Under the pieces are notes generated by a model, which worked only from the letters and a program-made list of their open reading frames with translations, ran no database searches and was not told the origin of the DNA. This document shows positions 41,538 to 54,381 of a stretch of 64,000 bases of DNA, piece by piece. Both the position numbers and the translations under genes were made by a program. This stretch comes from Macrostomum lignano. Taxonomy: Eukaryota. The stretch's first letter is position 1; each line of letters opens with the position of its first letter. The stretch lies in the NCBI GenBank assembly GCA_002269645.1, contig NIVC01000977.1, positions 248,001 through 312,000 of the forward strand. The letters are read 5' to 3'.

Positions 41538-44500
41538 GCATCTGCAGCACATCCAGCAGCACCATCAGCAGCAAGGTACGAATCGCCCCCCTCTTTGAGT
41601 CCAGTCTGTTCCCGTCGTAGCTCGAAAGAATTTTCTATTTCGATTCGTCCGCAAATTAAAGACCCGACAGAGGTAGCTGCGCAACAGCGCGAAGCTCAGG
41701 TGTGCGAACAAATTCATAAACGTTCCTTCCGTGCGCAAACTCGAGCTGTTGATGAATGGGCAGATGGAGGAGCCTTTTGAATTTTTCTTTCTCCAAAGAA
41801 GCTGCTTCCTGTCTTTTCTTTACGGTAGAATTTGGAAGCAGTTTTTTTGTTCACAAGCGCACCTGATCCAAATTGGCCTCCTTTGAATAGAAAATCCCAG
41901 TGTGCCAGCTGATGACAAGTTCGTTGGAAACGGGGAAGCTCCCAAATAACACGAGGATTATCGTCAGATAGTTTTGCTCATATTTTGGTGTCCATCGTTG
42001 TTCAAAATAAATCTGCCGATACAAATGCTCGTAATGATTCAATGCCAAGTCTATAAATCGAATACCAGATGGCAGGTGCAGAGGCTTTGTCACGCATTCT
42101 ACAAATCCAATTAGCGACTTTATTTGACGCTTTATAAGACACCGAGCTTCGCGTGGTTCTTGTAAAGCCCCGAGAAAAGGATATTCAGCGTTTTGCAATC
42201 TCTTCGATACTTGAAAACCGAAATTTCATTCCAGACCTGAAGAAGCTGCAGCTGCCGATGCAGCAGCCGTCGCCAATCTCCGGTTACGGCGTCGCCACGG
42301 CGGACGAGGCGGCCATCCACGCCAGCTACCTGGGCAAGATTGACTACAAGCCGGCAATGACCGGGTGAGAACTAACGGGGTGCTTGATTGACTAAGTTGA
42401 GCTTATGAAGAATCTTTTTTTGACGAGAAAGTGTTACCGATTCAATAGATGTAGAACTGGAGTGGTTTTGTGCATTCCTGTGTAGTCACCGCAGCTACCC
42501 CTCCTGTCCTGCAGTAGCTACTGCCGCAGTTACCCCTCTGTCCTGCAGTAGCTACTGCCGCAGTTACCCCTCCTGTCCTGCAGTAGCTACTGCCGCAGTT
42601 ACCCCTCTGTCCTGCAGTAGCTACTGCCGCAGTTACCCCTCTGTCCTGCAGTAGCTACTGCCGCAGTTACCCCTCTGTCCTGCAGTAGCTACTGCCGCAG
42701 TTACCCCTCTTGTCCTGCAGTAGCCACTGCCGCAGTTACCCCTCTTGTCCTGCAGTAACCACTGCCGCAGTTACCCCTCTTGTCCTGCAGTAACCACTGC
42801 CGCAGTTACCCCTCTTGTCCTGCAGTAGCCACTGCCGCAGTTACCCCTCTTGTCCGCAGTAGCTACTGCCGCAGTTACCCCTCTGTCCTGCAGTAGCTAC
42901 TGCCGCAGTTACCCCTCCTGTCCTGCAGTAGCTACTGCCGCAGTTACCCCTCTGTCCTGCAGTAGCTACTGCCGCAGTTACCCCTCTGTCCTGCAGTAGC
43001 TACTGCCGCAGTTACCCCTCTGTCCTGCAGTAGCTACTGCCGCAGTTACCCCTCCTGTCCTGCAGTAGCTACTGCCGCAGTTACCCCTCTGTCCTGCAGT
43101 AGCTACTGCCGCAGTTACCCCTCTGTCCTGCAGTAGCTACTGCCGCAGTTACCCCTCTGTCCTGCAGTAGCTACTGCCGCAGTTACCCCTCTTGTCCTGC
43201 AGTAGCCACTGCCGCAGTTACCCCTCTTGTCCTGCAGTAACCACTGCCGCAGTTACCCCTCTTGTCCTGCAGTAACCACTGCCGCAGTTACCCCTCTTGT
43301 CCTGCAGTAGCCACTGCCGCAGTTACCCCTCTTGTCCTGCAGTAGCTACTGCCGCAGTTACCCCTCTGTCCTGCAGTAGCTACTGCCGCAGTTACCCCTC
43401 TGTCCTGCAGTAGCTACTGCCGCAGTTACCCCTCTGTCCTGCAGTAGCTACTGCCGCAGTTACCCCTCTTGTCCTGCAGTAGCCACTGCCGCAGTTACCC
43501 CTCTTGTCCTGCAGTAACCACTGCCGCAGTTACCCCTCTTGTCCTGCAGTAACCACTGCCGCAGTTACCCCTCTTGTCCTGCAGTAGCCACTGCCGCAGT
43601 TACCCCGCCTGTCCTGCAGTAGCCACTGCCGCAGCAACCCCGCCTGTCCTGCAGTAGCCACTGCCGCAGTTACCCCCTTGTCCTGCAGTAGCCACTGCGC
43701 GCAGCAACCCCGCCTGTCCTGCAGTAGCCACTGCCGCAGTTACCCCTCTTGTCCTGCAGTGGCCACTGCCGCAGCAACCCCGCCTGTCCTGCAGTAGCCA
43801 CTGCCGCAGTTACCCCCTTGTCCTGCAGTAGCCACTGCCGCAGCAACGCCGCCTGTCCTGCAGTAGCCACTGCCGCAGTTACCCCCTTGTCCTGCAGTAG
43901 CCACTGCGCGCAGCAACCCCGCCTGTCCTGCAGTAGCCACTGCCGCAGTTACCCCTCTTGTCCTGCAGTGGCCACTGCCGCAGCAACCCCGCCTGTCCTG
44001 CAGTAGCCACTGCCGCAGTTACCCCTCTTGTCCTGCAGTGGCCACTGCCGCAGCAACCCCGCCTGTCCTGCAGTAGCCACTGCCGCAGTTACCCCCTTGT
44101 CCTGCAGTAGCCACTGCCGCAGCAACGCCGCCTGTCCTGCAGTAGCCACTGCCGCAGTTACCCCCTTGTCCTGCAGTAGCCACTGCCGCAGTTACCCCGC
44201 CTGTCCTGCAGTAGCCACTGCCGCAGCAACCCCGCCTGTCCTGCAGTAGCCACTGCCGCAGTTACCCCCTTGTCCTGCAGTAGCCACTGCGCGCAGCAAC
44301 CCCGCCTGTCCTGCAGTAGCCACTGCCGCAGTTACCCCTCTTGTCCTGCAGTGGCCACTGCCGCAGCAACCCCGCCTGTCCTGCAGTAGCCACTGCCGCA
44401 GTTACCCCTCTTGTCCTGCAGTGGCCACTGCCGCAGCAACCCCGCCTGTCCTGCAGTAGCCACTGCCGCAGTTACCCCTCTTGTCCTGCAGTGGCGACTG

Positions 44501-44789
44501 TCGCAACCCTTCTGTCCTGCAGTAGCCGTTAGCTCTGTAGGAATTAGGATACATCCAATTTAAGCCTGTTAAAGTGTCCACGCGCTTCCACCTTCAACTT
44601 CAACTTACACCGGCCATTTGCAGAGACATGCGTCACCACTACGACAACTTCCACATGATGCAAGCGGCCGCTGCGGCAGCCGCCTCCGCCGCCATCTACG
44701 ACAGCTACCCGATGGCCACCGGCTCCTCTGCCGGCAGTCACGCGTCGTCGTCACAGGAAGGCGGCATGACCTTCACGGAGCTCACCTGA
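34552..44789 (+). CDS. TCF: TCF/LEF (pangolin-like) HMG-box transcription factor, 5 exons: 34552-34594, 39028-39911, 41323-41575, 42235-42364, 44624-44789 (1476 nt, 491 aa)
   Basis: HMG box [39 protein letters not shown]|[19 protein letters not shown]...[10 protein letters not shown] plus basic tail KKKAKKRR. All four GT-AG introns are phase-compatible (1,0,1,2) and an in-frame TAA lies at 34546. Exon 1 assignment is less certain than the HMG exons. Confidence 0.9.
34840..35965. repeat. 21-bp minisatellite (CCCTGTCTCTTAGGTGGGCGC)n in TCF intron 1
   Basis: Tandem units read directly. Confidence 0.95.
35990..36600. repeat. 16-bp near-perfect array (GACGAATCTCATCAGA)n
   Basis: Tandem units read directly. 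Confidence 0.97.
38445..38865. repeat. 16-bp array (GTGCGCGCTTCTGTTA)n
   Basis: Tandem units read directly. Confidence 0.95.
39950..40330. repeat. Pyrimidine-rich degenerate array (CTCCATCTA/TCCCTCT) in TCF intron 2
   Basis: Read directly. Confidence 0.8.
42490..44525. repeat. 34/35-bp minisatellite (CTGCAGTAGCTACTGCCGCAGTTACCCCTCTGTC)n filling TCF intron 4
   Basis: Tandem units read directly; unit variants change gradually along the array. Confidence 0.95.
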
Positions 44790-45370
44790 GCAACAGGATT
44801 TCTCGGAAACCAAAGGAATTTTCCAATCTTCTGAATATTTGAAATCTGCACTTTTCATTAGCAAAACAAGATAGATCAGACCGAGACTAAGAGAATGATT
44901 TTTCAATCATTGTGTAGCTTTTCTCGTATATTCTGCTTGGCAACCAACTTTGACCCTTCCCACGCTTACTGCTCGCTAATGCAGATAAAAACGAGACACC
45001 ATAATATTCGCACCTTTTCAATTAACTGGCACTCTCTCTATATATAGACCCCAAATCGGACACTGACTGTCTAATCCAATCTGTTGCAATCTAGTCTTTT
45101 TATTTTCTGTCTAATCTCTGATTCTCTTACGGTTTACCTGATTGCTTGCTCTCATGTTGCTTTCTCATTGATTGTATATCAACAACCTACTCAAATACCC
45201 TTATTATATTATTGCCTGCGGCGAATACCGACCCCGTGGAACATTAACAAATATACTAACGGACTCCAGCAAGCCGGTCTCTTTGTCTGTCTGTCTGTCT
45301 GTCTCTCTGCCTGCCTATCTCTCTGTCTGTCTGTCTGTCTGCCTGCCTGCCTGTCTGTCTGCTGCACTGC

Positions 45371-46779
45371 CTGCACCAAGGTCACCAAGGCGCCACAAGG
45401 ATAAAGGCGCTCGCTCGGAGCGTTTTCTGGCGGCCCAAGCTGGACGCTGCAATTGAGCAACTCGCCGCGACGTGCACCGAGTGCCAGGAGACACAGAAGT
45501 CGCCGGGGCCGGTTCCACTGCAGCCGTGGGCATGGCCGGACAAGCCTCGGTCGCGCCTGCACATCGACTACGCCGGGCCGATCGAGGGCCGGATGCTGCT
45601 GGTCATTGTTGACGCCCACTCCAAGTGGCTCGACGTACACATAACGTTATCGACCTCGTCAGCAACGACGATCGAGAAGCTGCGGATGAGCTTCGCAACC
45701 CACGGCCTGCCCGACGTCTTGGTGTCGGACAACGGACCGAACCTGGTCAGCGCAGAGATGGAGAGGTTCCTCGAAAAGAACGCCATCCGGCACGTGCGGA
45801 CGGCGCCCTACCATCCTGCATCAAACGGCCAGGCCGAGCGTGCCGTGCAAACTCTGAAGCGGGCGCTGGCCAAGCAGCGGAGCGGCACCTTGGAGGAGCG
45901 CGTTGCCCGTTTCCTGCTGACCTACCGAGTGACGCCTCACGCGACGACCGGGAGGGCGCCATGCGAGCTGCTGATGGGACGGCGGCTGCACATGCTGCTG
46001 GACCGAGTCCGCCCTGACTTGGCCGCTTAAGTGGCAGCTCAGCAGGCGCTTCAAAAGGAGCAGCACGATGCTCACGCGCGGGATCGCTGCATCAACGTCG
46101 GTGACTCGGTGCTGGAGCGTGATTTCGCCAACGACGGCCGCTTTAGACCTGCGACGGTGATGGCGAGTTCCGGTGCCGTGTCTTACACCTGCCGTTTTGA
46201 AGATGGCATGTTTTGCATGTGGATCAGGTGCGCAAGTCAGTGGTAGACAGACCGCAGCAAGAGCTTCTGCCACCGGCTTTAACGACGGCGGCCGAGGCAG
46301 AGAGCGGGCCACCGATGAAGTCGGCCTGGGTGGTGACGATTCGGCTGAGGAAGCGAGTGCGACTGATGCGGCGCCACAGCTTCGGCGGTTAGAGCGAAAA
46401 TGTGCTGCGCCTGACAGACTGACATACCACTGGTGAAGGATGAACCTAATGACCTTATGAACTATGCTATTCGTTAGTGCTTATTAACTTCGGTGTGAAG
46501 GGGTGTGATGACCTCGGTTAGTTACATTTACGAGGGTTAGGGTTAGGTTACCGATCGAATTATTATCGGTTGGTTTGTTGTTCGCGTGCAAGTAACCTTT
46601 TCTTTGCTCGCTAGGCTCAGGCCTACTCGTGTGTGCATAGCGCGTTGTACGTGATCGATTGATCGTTCCCCCATAGATCTGTGCATTGCACGTTGCTCTA
46701 AGTCAAAAATATAAGCACTGAGTGAAGAGTGATAATTTAACAAGGCGTCTGTTCTGCCAACTAAAGCTGAGTCTTTACA
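45371..46779 (+). mobile_element. 5'-truncated Ty3/Gypsy retrotransposon: integrase pseudogene and probable 3' LTR
   Basis: One frame from 45371 gives HHCC (LHQGHQG...CTECQ) and the core (LHIDYAGP, VSDNGPNL, TAPYHPASNGQAER), with a premature TAA at 46028. Purine run then TGTGATG at 46504 and ...TTACA at 46779 as LTR ends. Confidence 0.85.
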
Positions 46780-47137
46780 GTAAGGGAATGCCCTGATTGG
46801 TAGGGGAATACCCTGATTGGTAGGGAAATACCCTGATTGGTAGGGGAATACCCTAATTGGTAGACGAATACCCTAAATGCTAGGGAAATGCCCCTATTAT
46901 AAAGATCATCAGTAATTTTTGTCACAAAATACCAACTATATTACTACGAGTAGTGGAAATAATTCAGACAAAAAATAACTCAAAACGAACATATTTTAAT
47001 AAGTAATTTTGAATTCAACTGCAAATGGCACAGCAGTTTAACTTGCTTGTATAATGAAGTGTCACTGCAGCAACTGTACAAGTACACGTCATTCTGTCAA
47101 ATGCTAAAGCCAGTTCACCCTTGGGTCAGCCAGCCGC

Positions 47138-48710
47138 TCACTGACCGCCGCAGCCGGGCCGTTTCAGTCGCCGCCGACAAACGCGCCGGATGAAATCTTC
47201 GAGTGTCTGCAGTTGCACCGCAACGGAGCCGCCGTCGGCTAGGAGCTGCGGATCGGGAGGCGGCGCGCCCCAGCAGGCCAGCAGGCGGCGCCCGCCCCGG
47301 TCATTGCACGTGTTGTCGCCGACTAGAAGGCCGCCACCGACACCGCTGCCACCACTGTTGGCAATTGGCAATAGAGAAATTGGCAATATAATAAACATTT
47401 TCGGAAATCCTGTCTACGACATTTGACTGCTGACATAAACCCAAACCTAAACCTAAACTAAATCCGAATCCAAACCAAAAACTGAAACTTAAAGATAAAC
47501 CCAAACCTAAACACAAATCAACCTAAACACAAACCAGCCTAAACACAAACCAGCCTAAACACAAACCAACCTAAACCCAAATAAACCTAAACACAAACCA
47601 ACTTAAACACAAATCAACCTAAACACAAACCAGCCTAAACACAAATCAGCCTAAACACAAATCAGCCTAAACACAAATCAGCCTAAACACAAATCAGCCT
47701 AAACACAAACCAGCCTAAACACAAACCAGCCTAAACACAAATCAGCCTAAACACAAACCAACCTAAACCCAAATAAACCTAAACACAAACCAACTTAAAC
47801 ACAAATCAACCTAAACACAAACCAGCCTAAACACAAATCAGCCTAAACACAAACCAGCCTAAACACAAATCAGCCTAAACACAAACCAACCTAAACACGA
47901 ATCAGCCTAAACACAAACCAACCTAAACCAAAAAAACCTAAACACAAACCTACGTAAACACAATCTATTAATAACCCTAATCGAAACCCAAACCCAACCT
48001 TGTACTGGACGCAGTGAAACTGGTAGTCAAACGACAAATTTTCCAGCGAAATGAGCTACTTATAGTAGAAATAAATAAGTTAATTTTTTGTCTAAACGAA
48101 GTTCAACCTAAGGACCTCTAAAATAAGACTAATTAAAGCGCCTTTATGGCCACCTGCCCGTTCCGCTGACACTTAAGCACACACACGCTCTCACAGAGTG
48201 TACATTGGCGCTGAACATTTTCATGATTGACTGGCACCTAAGCGAGGCCAGGCCGGGCACTTACACTGTGACAGCCAGCGGCACTCTCTGCATAGACAGG
48301 CCGGCGTCAAGCATAGCCAGAGCGCGCGAGTTCAGCACGGCGGCAGCGGCGGCCTCCGCCGAACCGGGACCGCCTGCGGCAACTGGAGACGGCGTTTCAA
48401 TTAGAGCAACAGTAACGCAGATTGCCGTATTAGGATAATCAGTGAGGATTAAACAGCGTTTCAAACAGTCCAACACCAGCGATTCCACACATTTCAGCGA
48501 GCGAGCGCTGGCACCGGAGCCGCCAGCAGAGAGTAGCGACAGGCGCAGGTCGGCCTGGCCTGGCGTGGCGCGGAACCTGGCGCCGCCGGCTCCACCACCG
48601 GAGCCGAGGCCAACTGGGCCATTGATGTAGGCCAGACTGGCGGTGCCATCGGATCGATAGAGACAGGAGCCACTGGCCGACTGCACAAGACCTAGCTGGG
48701 CACTGCGCAT
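47138..48710 (-). CDS. EXOSC5: RNase PH-family exosome subunit resembling RRP46/EXOSC5; exons 48710-48265 and 47354-47138 (220 aa)
   Basis: GSCLYRSDGTASLAYINGP, DYPNTAICVTVAL and AVLNSRALAMLDAGLSM align by eye to RRP46 motifs (GSASFxQGxTxVLAxVYGP, HPRTSIxVVLQ, CLNAACMALVDAGVPM). GTAAGT donor and AACAG acceptor are both phase 2. RRP41/MTR3 paralogy not excluded. Confidence 0.7.
47440..47960. repeat. 16-bp array (AAACACAAATCAGCCT)n in the exosome-gene intron
   Basis: Tandem units read directly. Confidence 0.9.
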
Positions 48711-50079
48711 GGCTTCTGTCTGTTAAAGCTGTTTTTTACAAGACTGAAATTGTGCAAGTTTTATTTTGTTAGTTTAAACCACAGATACTAGAATAACTAG
48801 AATAACTCAGCACATTTGCGTGCAATCTTTTTTCAGTTCAGTAGTAAGTTAAACTGAAGCATTATAAGGTATTTTTTAAAACCAAGGCTCATTTTATTGG
48901 CTCTTACCCTTAGCTTAAATTAACCCCCCTAACTGCGTCTTTCCACACTATGCTGGTACCCCCACCCCGCCCCAATTTTATTGCCTTTCTCGGAATTCCA
49001 GCCTAACGCTGCCATGTACATTTCAGTGGACTGGCTAATGTACAATATTGCTGAACTATTTATCAAGTTGTTTACGCCTGCTAGCTTGGGCTTCTAAACT
49101 TATCAAAGTCATTTCAGCTGCCTTTATTTTTATAAAATAGCTTATATATTCTTCTTTGCTACTGAACTGAAAGTAGCTTGCACTCAAATGTGTTGAGTGG
49201 CCCATCTAGTTATTCTAGTATCTGCAGTTTAAACAAAATTCTAGATTTCAAAATCAAATAAAATAACCAACATCTCTACCCTACCTTTACACTTCTGAGT
49301 TTCTCTAAATATGAATGATAAAAGCAAAGAAATTGAAAAATGGAATTGATCCAAGATCCAAAATCAGTATGTAAAAATCAAACTTGATGAGTCATGACAT
49401 GCAACTACATGACAGAAAAATTAAACCTAATACTTGGTCTACATTAACTCTTGTTTCTACTTTCATGTATTATTATTTAATCTAGAGCAAGTCTTAGATA
49501 ATTTTTAGTACATGGATTGTACAAACAAACAGCAACAACTGAACAAAATGCAATAGGCGAAAATTATATAAACATTAGCAATGGGTTAGTGAGTTAGTCT
49601 AAATTTAGTATCTTACCCATGTGCTAACAAATTTATCATATATGAGCTATTAAGAGAGCATAGATCAAAATTTGACATTGCTCCTATAGCAAAGACTATT
49701 AATCTAACCATGCAAAATTTAAAACTTTAAGTTTTAGTTTTAAGTTTAATGAAAAACCTATAGATTGTCAACTGTCAACTAATAAAACTGGTTAATGGGT
49801 AGTCCAAAAGGTCCTTTGCTTGATCTTTAGCAGCTACTAGCAATCTACTGCCCCCTTTGGGGCACCCAATAAGCAAGAAGCAAAAATTATTCATGCAAAT
49901 CCATTAAAAAGCACGTTTTCTTATGAAGCAATTCTTTCTTCAGTTATATAAATCACCTTATTTGAGTAAAATTGTCACAGACAGAGATATTTGCTATGAA
50001 TTTCTTTTTTCTTAAAGTAACAAAAACATAGCAAAATAAAGCCTTCATAAAGATAACAGGCCTTCTCCCTAAATAGAAG

Positions 50080-50500
50080 ACATCCCCAAGACAGCAAGCA
50101 TCCCCCCCCTAGATAGCAAGCATCTCCCAGATGGAAAGCAACCCAGACAGCAATCATCTCCCTAGATAGCAAGCACCCCCCCCCCTAGATACAATAGCAA
50201 GCATCCCCCAGATACAATAGCAAGTATCCCCCAAATACAATAGCAAGCACCCCCCCCCCAGATACAATAACAAGCATCCTTTAGATACAATAACAAGCAT
50301 CCTTTAGATACAATAACAAGTATCCCCCCAGATAGCAAGTACCCTTTCCCCAAGAGCAAGCCTCTTACAAGTATCCCCAATATCAAGCATCCCTTGATAG
50401 CAAGCCCCCTGAAATACAATAGCAAACACCCCCCAAATAAAATAGCAAGTACCCCCTAAATACTAAGCATCCCCTAGGTAACAGGTATCTACCAGATAGC
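50080..50500. repeat. Degenerate ~23-bp array (AGATACAATAGCAAGCATCCCCC)
   Basis: Read directly. Confidence 0.75.
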
Positions 50501-51389
50501 AAAGTAGCAAGGTATGCTTGCAACTATTTTCTTGGCTAATGCAATAATTGCTTTTTCAGGTAGTGCAATAATCCATGCCTTATCTAGTGCAATAATCACT
50601 ACCTCATCAAGTGCAACGCATGTTCAACGGCCATTTGGATGGATCAACAAGAAGAGAGTCAGCCCCGACGTCACTGTCTTAGCGACCGGCATGCAGATCA
50701 ACTTTCCTGCCCTGAGAGACGATGCGTCTCAAAAGTGGAGCAGTGTTTCGGCTCAAAGGCCAAGAGTTGTCTCCCCACAGCAAGAAGACTGTGAGGGAAA
50801 TCTGCAGTGCATCTGGCAGGAAGACCGGAGCACGATCTGTGCATGCTATAGACATGCCGGTGAAGCTACTTAAGATAGCTCACGAGGACTGCATGCCCGT
50901 TTCCAAGTTGGCGGACTTCAAGGCTGACCCCCTTAGAGCAGCGCGAACAAAAGAATGGTAGCAACCTGGCTGGAAGAGTCCAACATTGCTATAGCTCATG
51001 GCTGGTGTTTTCAAGCGCATTTCAAATTTCAACTATTCTTCAAGGTGTCAAAGTTTTTTCAACCACGGAGGGATATGAGCTGCATAAAATGCAGTCATAT
51101 TTGCAAAGGACAGCTGCACCTAAAACTACTGCGCAATTTGCATTTTTTCTATGTAATATAAGAATTTTCATTCCCACGCATATGCTTATGTTTAAAATAA
51201 AGAGAGACAGTGGAGGCGCTGCTTCACTTTTCTCTCACCCGCATCTTCGGGCCTAAAGGCATAGCCATTGCCTCGGCTGGGCTGTAGGCCGCAGCAGCCT
51301 GGGCCCAGAAAAACTGTGCTTCAAGTTCAATTCTTTGTTATCCGACATGAGCAGAAGGTGCAGGCAGGATGGACACAAAATCCTACCTG

Positions 51390-52651
51390 TTACAGTGGCT
51401 CTTTAATGTTTGACCTGGTGGCACCTTAATGTCTGTAATGATGGCTCTTTAATGTTTGACATGGTGGCTCTTTTATGTTTGACATGGTGGCTCTTTAATG
51501 TTTGACATGGTGGCTCTTTTATGTTTGACATGGTGGCTTTTTAATGTTTGACCTGGTGGCACTATAATGTCTGCAATTATGGCTCTTTAATGTCTGACAT
51601 GGAGTCACTTATACACTTGACGTGGTGGCTCTTTAATGTTTGACATGGTGGCACTTTAATGTCTAAAATGGAGTCATGTATACACTTGACATGGTGACTC
51701 ATTGATGTTTGACATAGTGGCTCATTTAGGTTCGACATGGTGGGTCTTTAATGTTTGACCTGGTGGCACCTTAATGTCTATAATGATGGCTTTTTAATGT
51801 TCACCAAGGTGGCTCTTTAATGTTTGACATGGTGGCTCTTTAATGTTCAACATGGTGGCTCTAATGTTCGACATGGTAGCTCTTTAATGTTCGACATGGT
51901 GGCTCTTTAATGTTCGACATGGTGGCTCTTTAATGTTTGACATGGTGGCTCTTTAATGTTTGACATGGTGGCTCTTTAATGTTAGACATGGAGTCACATA
52001 TATGTTTGACATGGTGGCCATTAATGTTTGAAATGGTGCCACTTTTGTTTGACATTGTGCTTCTTTTATGTTTAGCATTTTGTTTTTAAGATGTTTTAAT
52101 AAAAAAATTATTTTGCACTACTAAGATTCGAACCCAGGTCGCTGCATTAGCAGTCCAGTCTGTTTGCATCTAGGCATCTCTTGTCGATTGGAGAACATGA
52201 ATTGTGGCCCTTATAATTCAATTCTTATAGCAAAAAAGGTTAGAGTAAAAAGTTATGACATAAACAATTTCTCAGTCAGCAAGTATCAGTCTCAATTCAA
52301 GTTAGCAATATGGTTATGCAATTTAAATCAAGTTGTGTGTGCATGTCTTTGGCATTGTTTTCAACTTGTTGTGATGCAATCTTTATCAGAATTGAAATTC
52401 AGTCAGTCAGGTTTTTTTCTAGCATTCTTACAATGCATTTCAGGTCAAAAGAGCTGCTTGACCTTTGCAGAAAATCATGTTTTTTGAATATTTAATCCCT
52501 TTGATATTGATCAATTTCTTAGCCAAGATGCATGCACTATCCCAGGAAAATTTCTGATCGAATGGTGCAAGTTTGAAGAGAATCAGTTGAGCCATTCTCG
52601 AAAAAATCAATTACACGCACGCACAAATACAACGCAAAATTAGTATATAGA
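51390..52651 (-). mobile_element. Non-autonomous Helitron-like element, copy 1, with tRNA-like segment and 23-bp array
   Basis: Minus-strand 5' end A|TCTATATACTAAT at 52651, followed by GAGAATGGCTCAACTGATT typical of invertebrate Helitron heads. Homologous in inverted orientation to 60507-61980. Confidence 0.6.
52115..52182 (-). pseudogene. tRNA-Ser(GCT)-like segment inside the Helitron-like element
   Basis: Minus strand reads AGACTGGACTGCTAATGCAGCGACCTGGGTTCGAATC; no proper acceptor stem. Confidence 0.45.
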
Positions 52652-53733
52652 TGTTGCTATACTAGTCATATACCTCTGAGGTTTTTGCTTCAATTGACTA
52701 CTAGTATACCAGGTCCAATATCAGAGTCAGAGTCAAATGAACTGTACTTGTATATATACTAGTCTGGGCATATGGGTACTGACCAACTTAGCAACTAACG
52801 AATTTGGCAACAAAGATTCACTAAAAACAAAAATAGTAAAAACATTTTTGAAACAATCTTTTCAAATTTGGCAACAACAATTTTGTATAATTTTATTAAT
52901 TCTTTGGGTACAATAGTATTAAGACGATGCATATTAACTTTCCCTTTAATAGTTTGTTTTATCCATTATTTAATATATATTTTTCAAATTTGCTTTCCAA
53001 GAAATGTTTGTTTTTTCTCAAAGATATGATTCCATTTTGGCTATTTATTTCAATTGAATACACTTTTTCTATCAAAGGTCATATAGGAGTTTAGTGTCTA
53101 GTCTTAAGGCACCTCTTTGCCAAAGAAATCTAAATGTATATACACATATAGCAGTAGTATCAATTGACAGTATTTCTAATATACATTTTTCTATAGTGCA
53201 CTCAGCTGACAATGTACATCTTGTACTTAAGTTTAAGACATGTACTGTTGTACTGTTAACAAAGGGGATGGGAGTTGGTCTGATAGACAGCTTATATCTA
53301 ATCTGAAACCTTGGTTATGATCAATAAATTAGACTTAAAAAGACTTGTTGCTGAATTTGCCTAGATTGTTACCAAATTTTATTTTATCAAATTTGTCTGT
53401 AGACATTAATATTAAATTTCTGTTTTTGAATTTATGTGCATCCAGGCATACCTGGGCATAGTTTTCTATAAACCAATCACATTTTTATTGTTGGAAGCAT
53501 TTGGCAAGGTAAGCTAGACATGAAGTACAATCAGTATAATTCTAGTTTACTTTGTTATATTATTCTGCCTTTTGTTAAATTATTTTACCCCATTTTTCTA
53601 TCAATGCTTCACAAGCCACTTCATGGTGGTGAAGTCATCCTGACTGGCTTCCACCATCTCGCGAATTCCAAAGTTTCTTTTAGTATAGTTTAAAAGCTTG
53701 GTGCAGCTGGGCGACAGGCCATAATGGCTGAAA

Positions 53734-54381
53734 CCATAGTCCAGATCATGGCAGGGTGTATGCCAAACTAAAACTTGATGGATCCACAGTTTGTACGCCA
53801 ATATATGCCAAATTTTTTCTGCCTTCCCTAACTATATGCCACTTTTACAGGTACAAATTGCCTACTTCAAAATTATTCAATGAAAAGTTGAATAGTTTCC
53901 AACTCCAAGATACCAATAGTACACTATATACTATAATACACACTATAATCAGTCTATATTTTGTTAAAGTGAATGTATTTCTAACATAAATTCCATTTTT
54001 TAAATTATCGTGCAAATTCCTAAAAAATACCGATGTTTATGTACATTACATTGCAAGTTGCAACAGCAACAGCGTGTACGCCACTCACGCCAATAGGTAG
54101 GGCCCAATTTTTTGTTGTACGCCAATGTATGCCAATAGGGTTAGCAAGGGGTGACCATGCTTGGGCGCAAACTAGGGATTCACCCGGGCATTTCTATTGG
54201 CAACACACACATGTAAGTTGCTATTGGACAGAATATTGGTCACATGACTGCTCTCAGCCAATAGCGACTTACATGTGTGTGTTGCCAATAGAAATGGCCG
54301 GGTGATTCCCAAGGTTGCGCATGTATGGGGGTGACTGTATGCCAAATTAATTTGGCATACAGGCTATGATCCGGACTATGG
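53734..54381. mobile_element. hAT-type MITE (648 bp)
   Basis: Imperfect ~30-bp TIRs CCATAGTCCAGATCATGGC...TGTATGCCAAA and a perfect 8-bp target duplication GGCTGAAA (53726-53733, 54382-54389). Confidence 0.85.

Noticed and set aside
41895-41945. CTGATGA-stem-GAAAC hammerhead core in TCF intron 3
   Set aside because: Stem II forms, but there is no UH cleavage triplet with valid stems I and III on either side.
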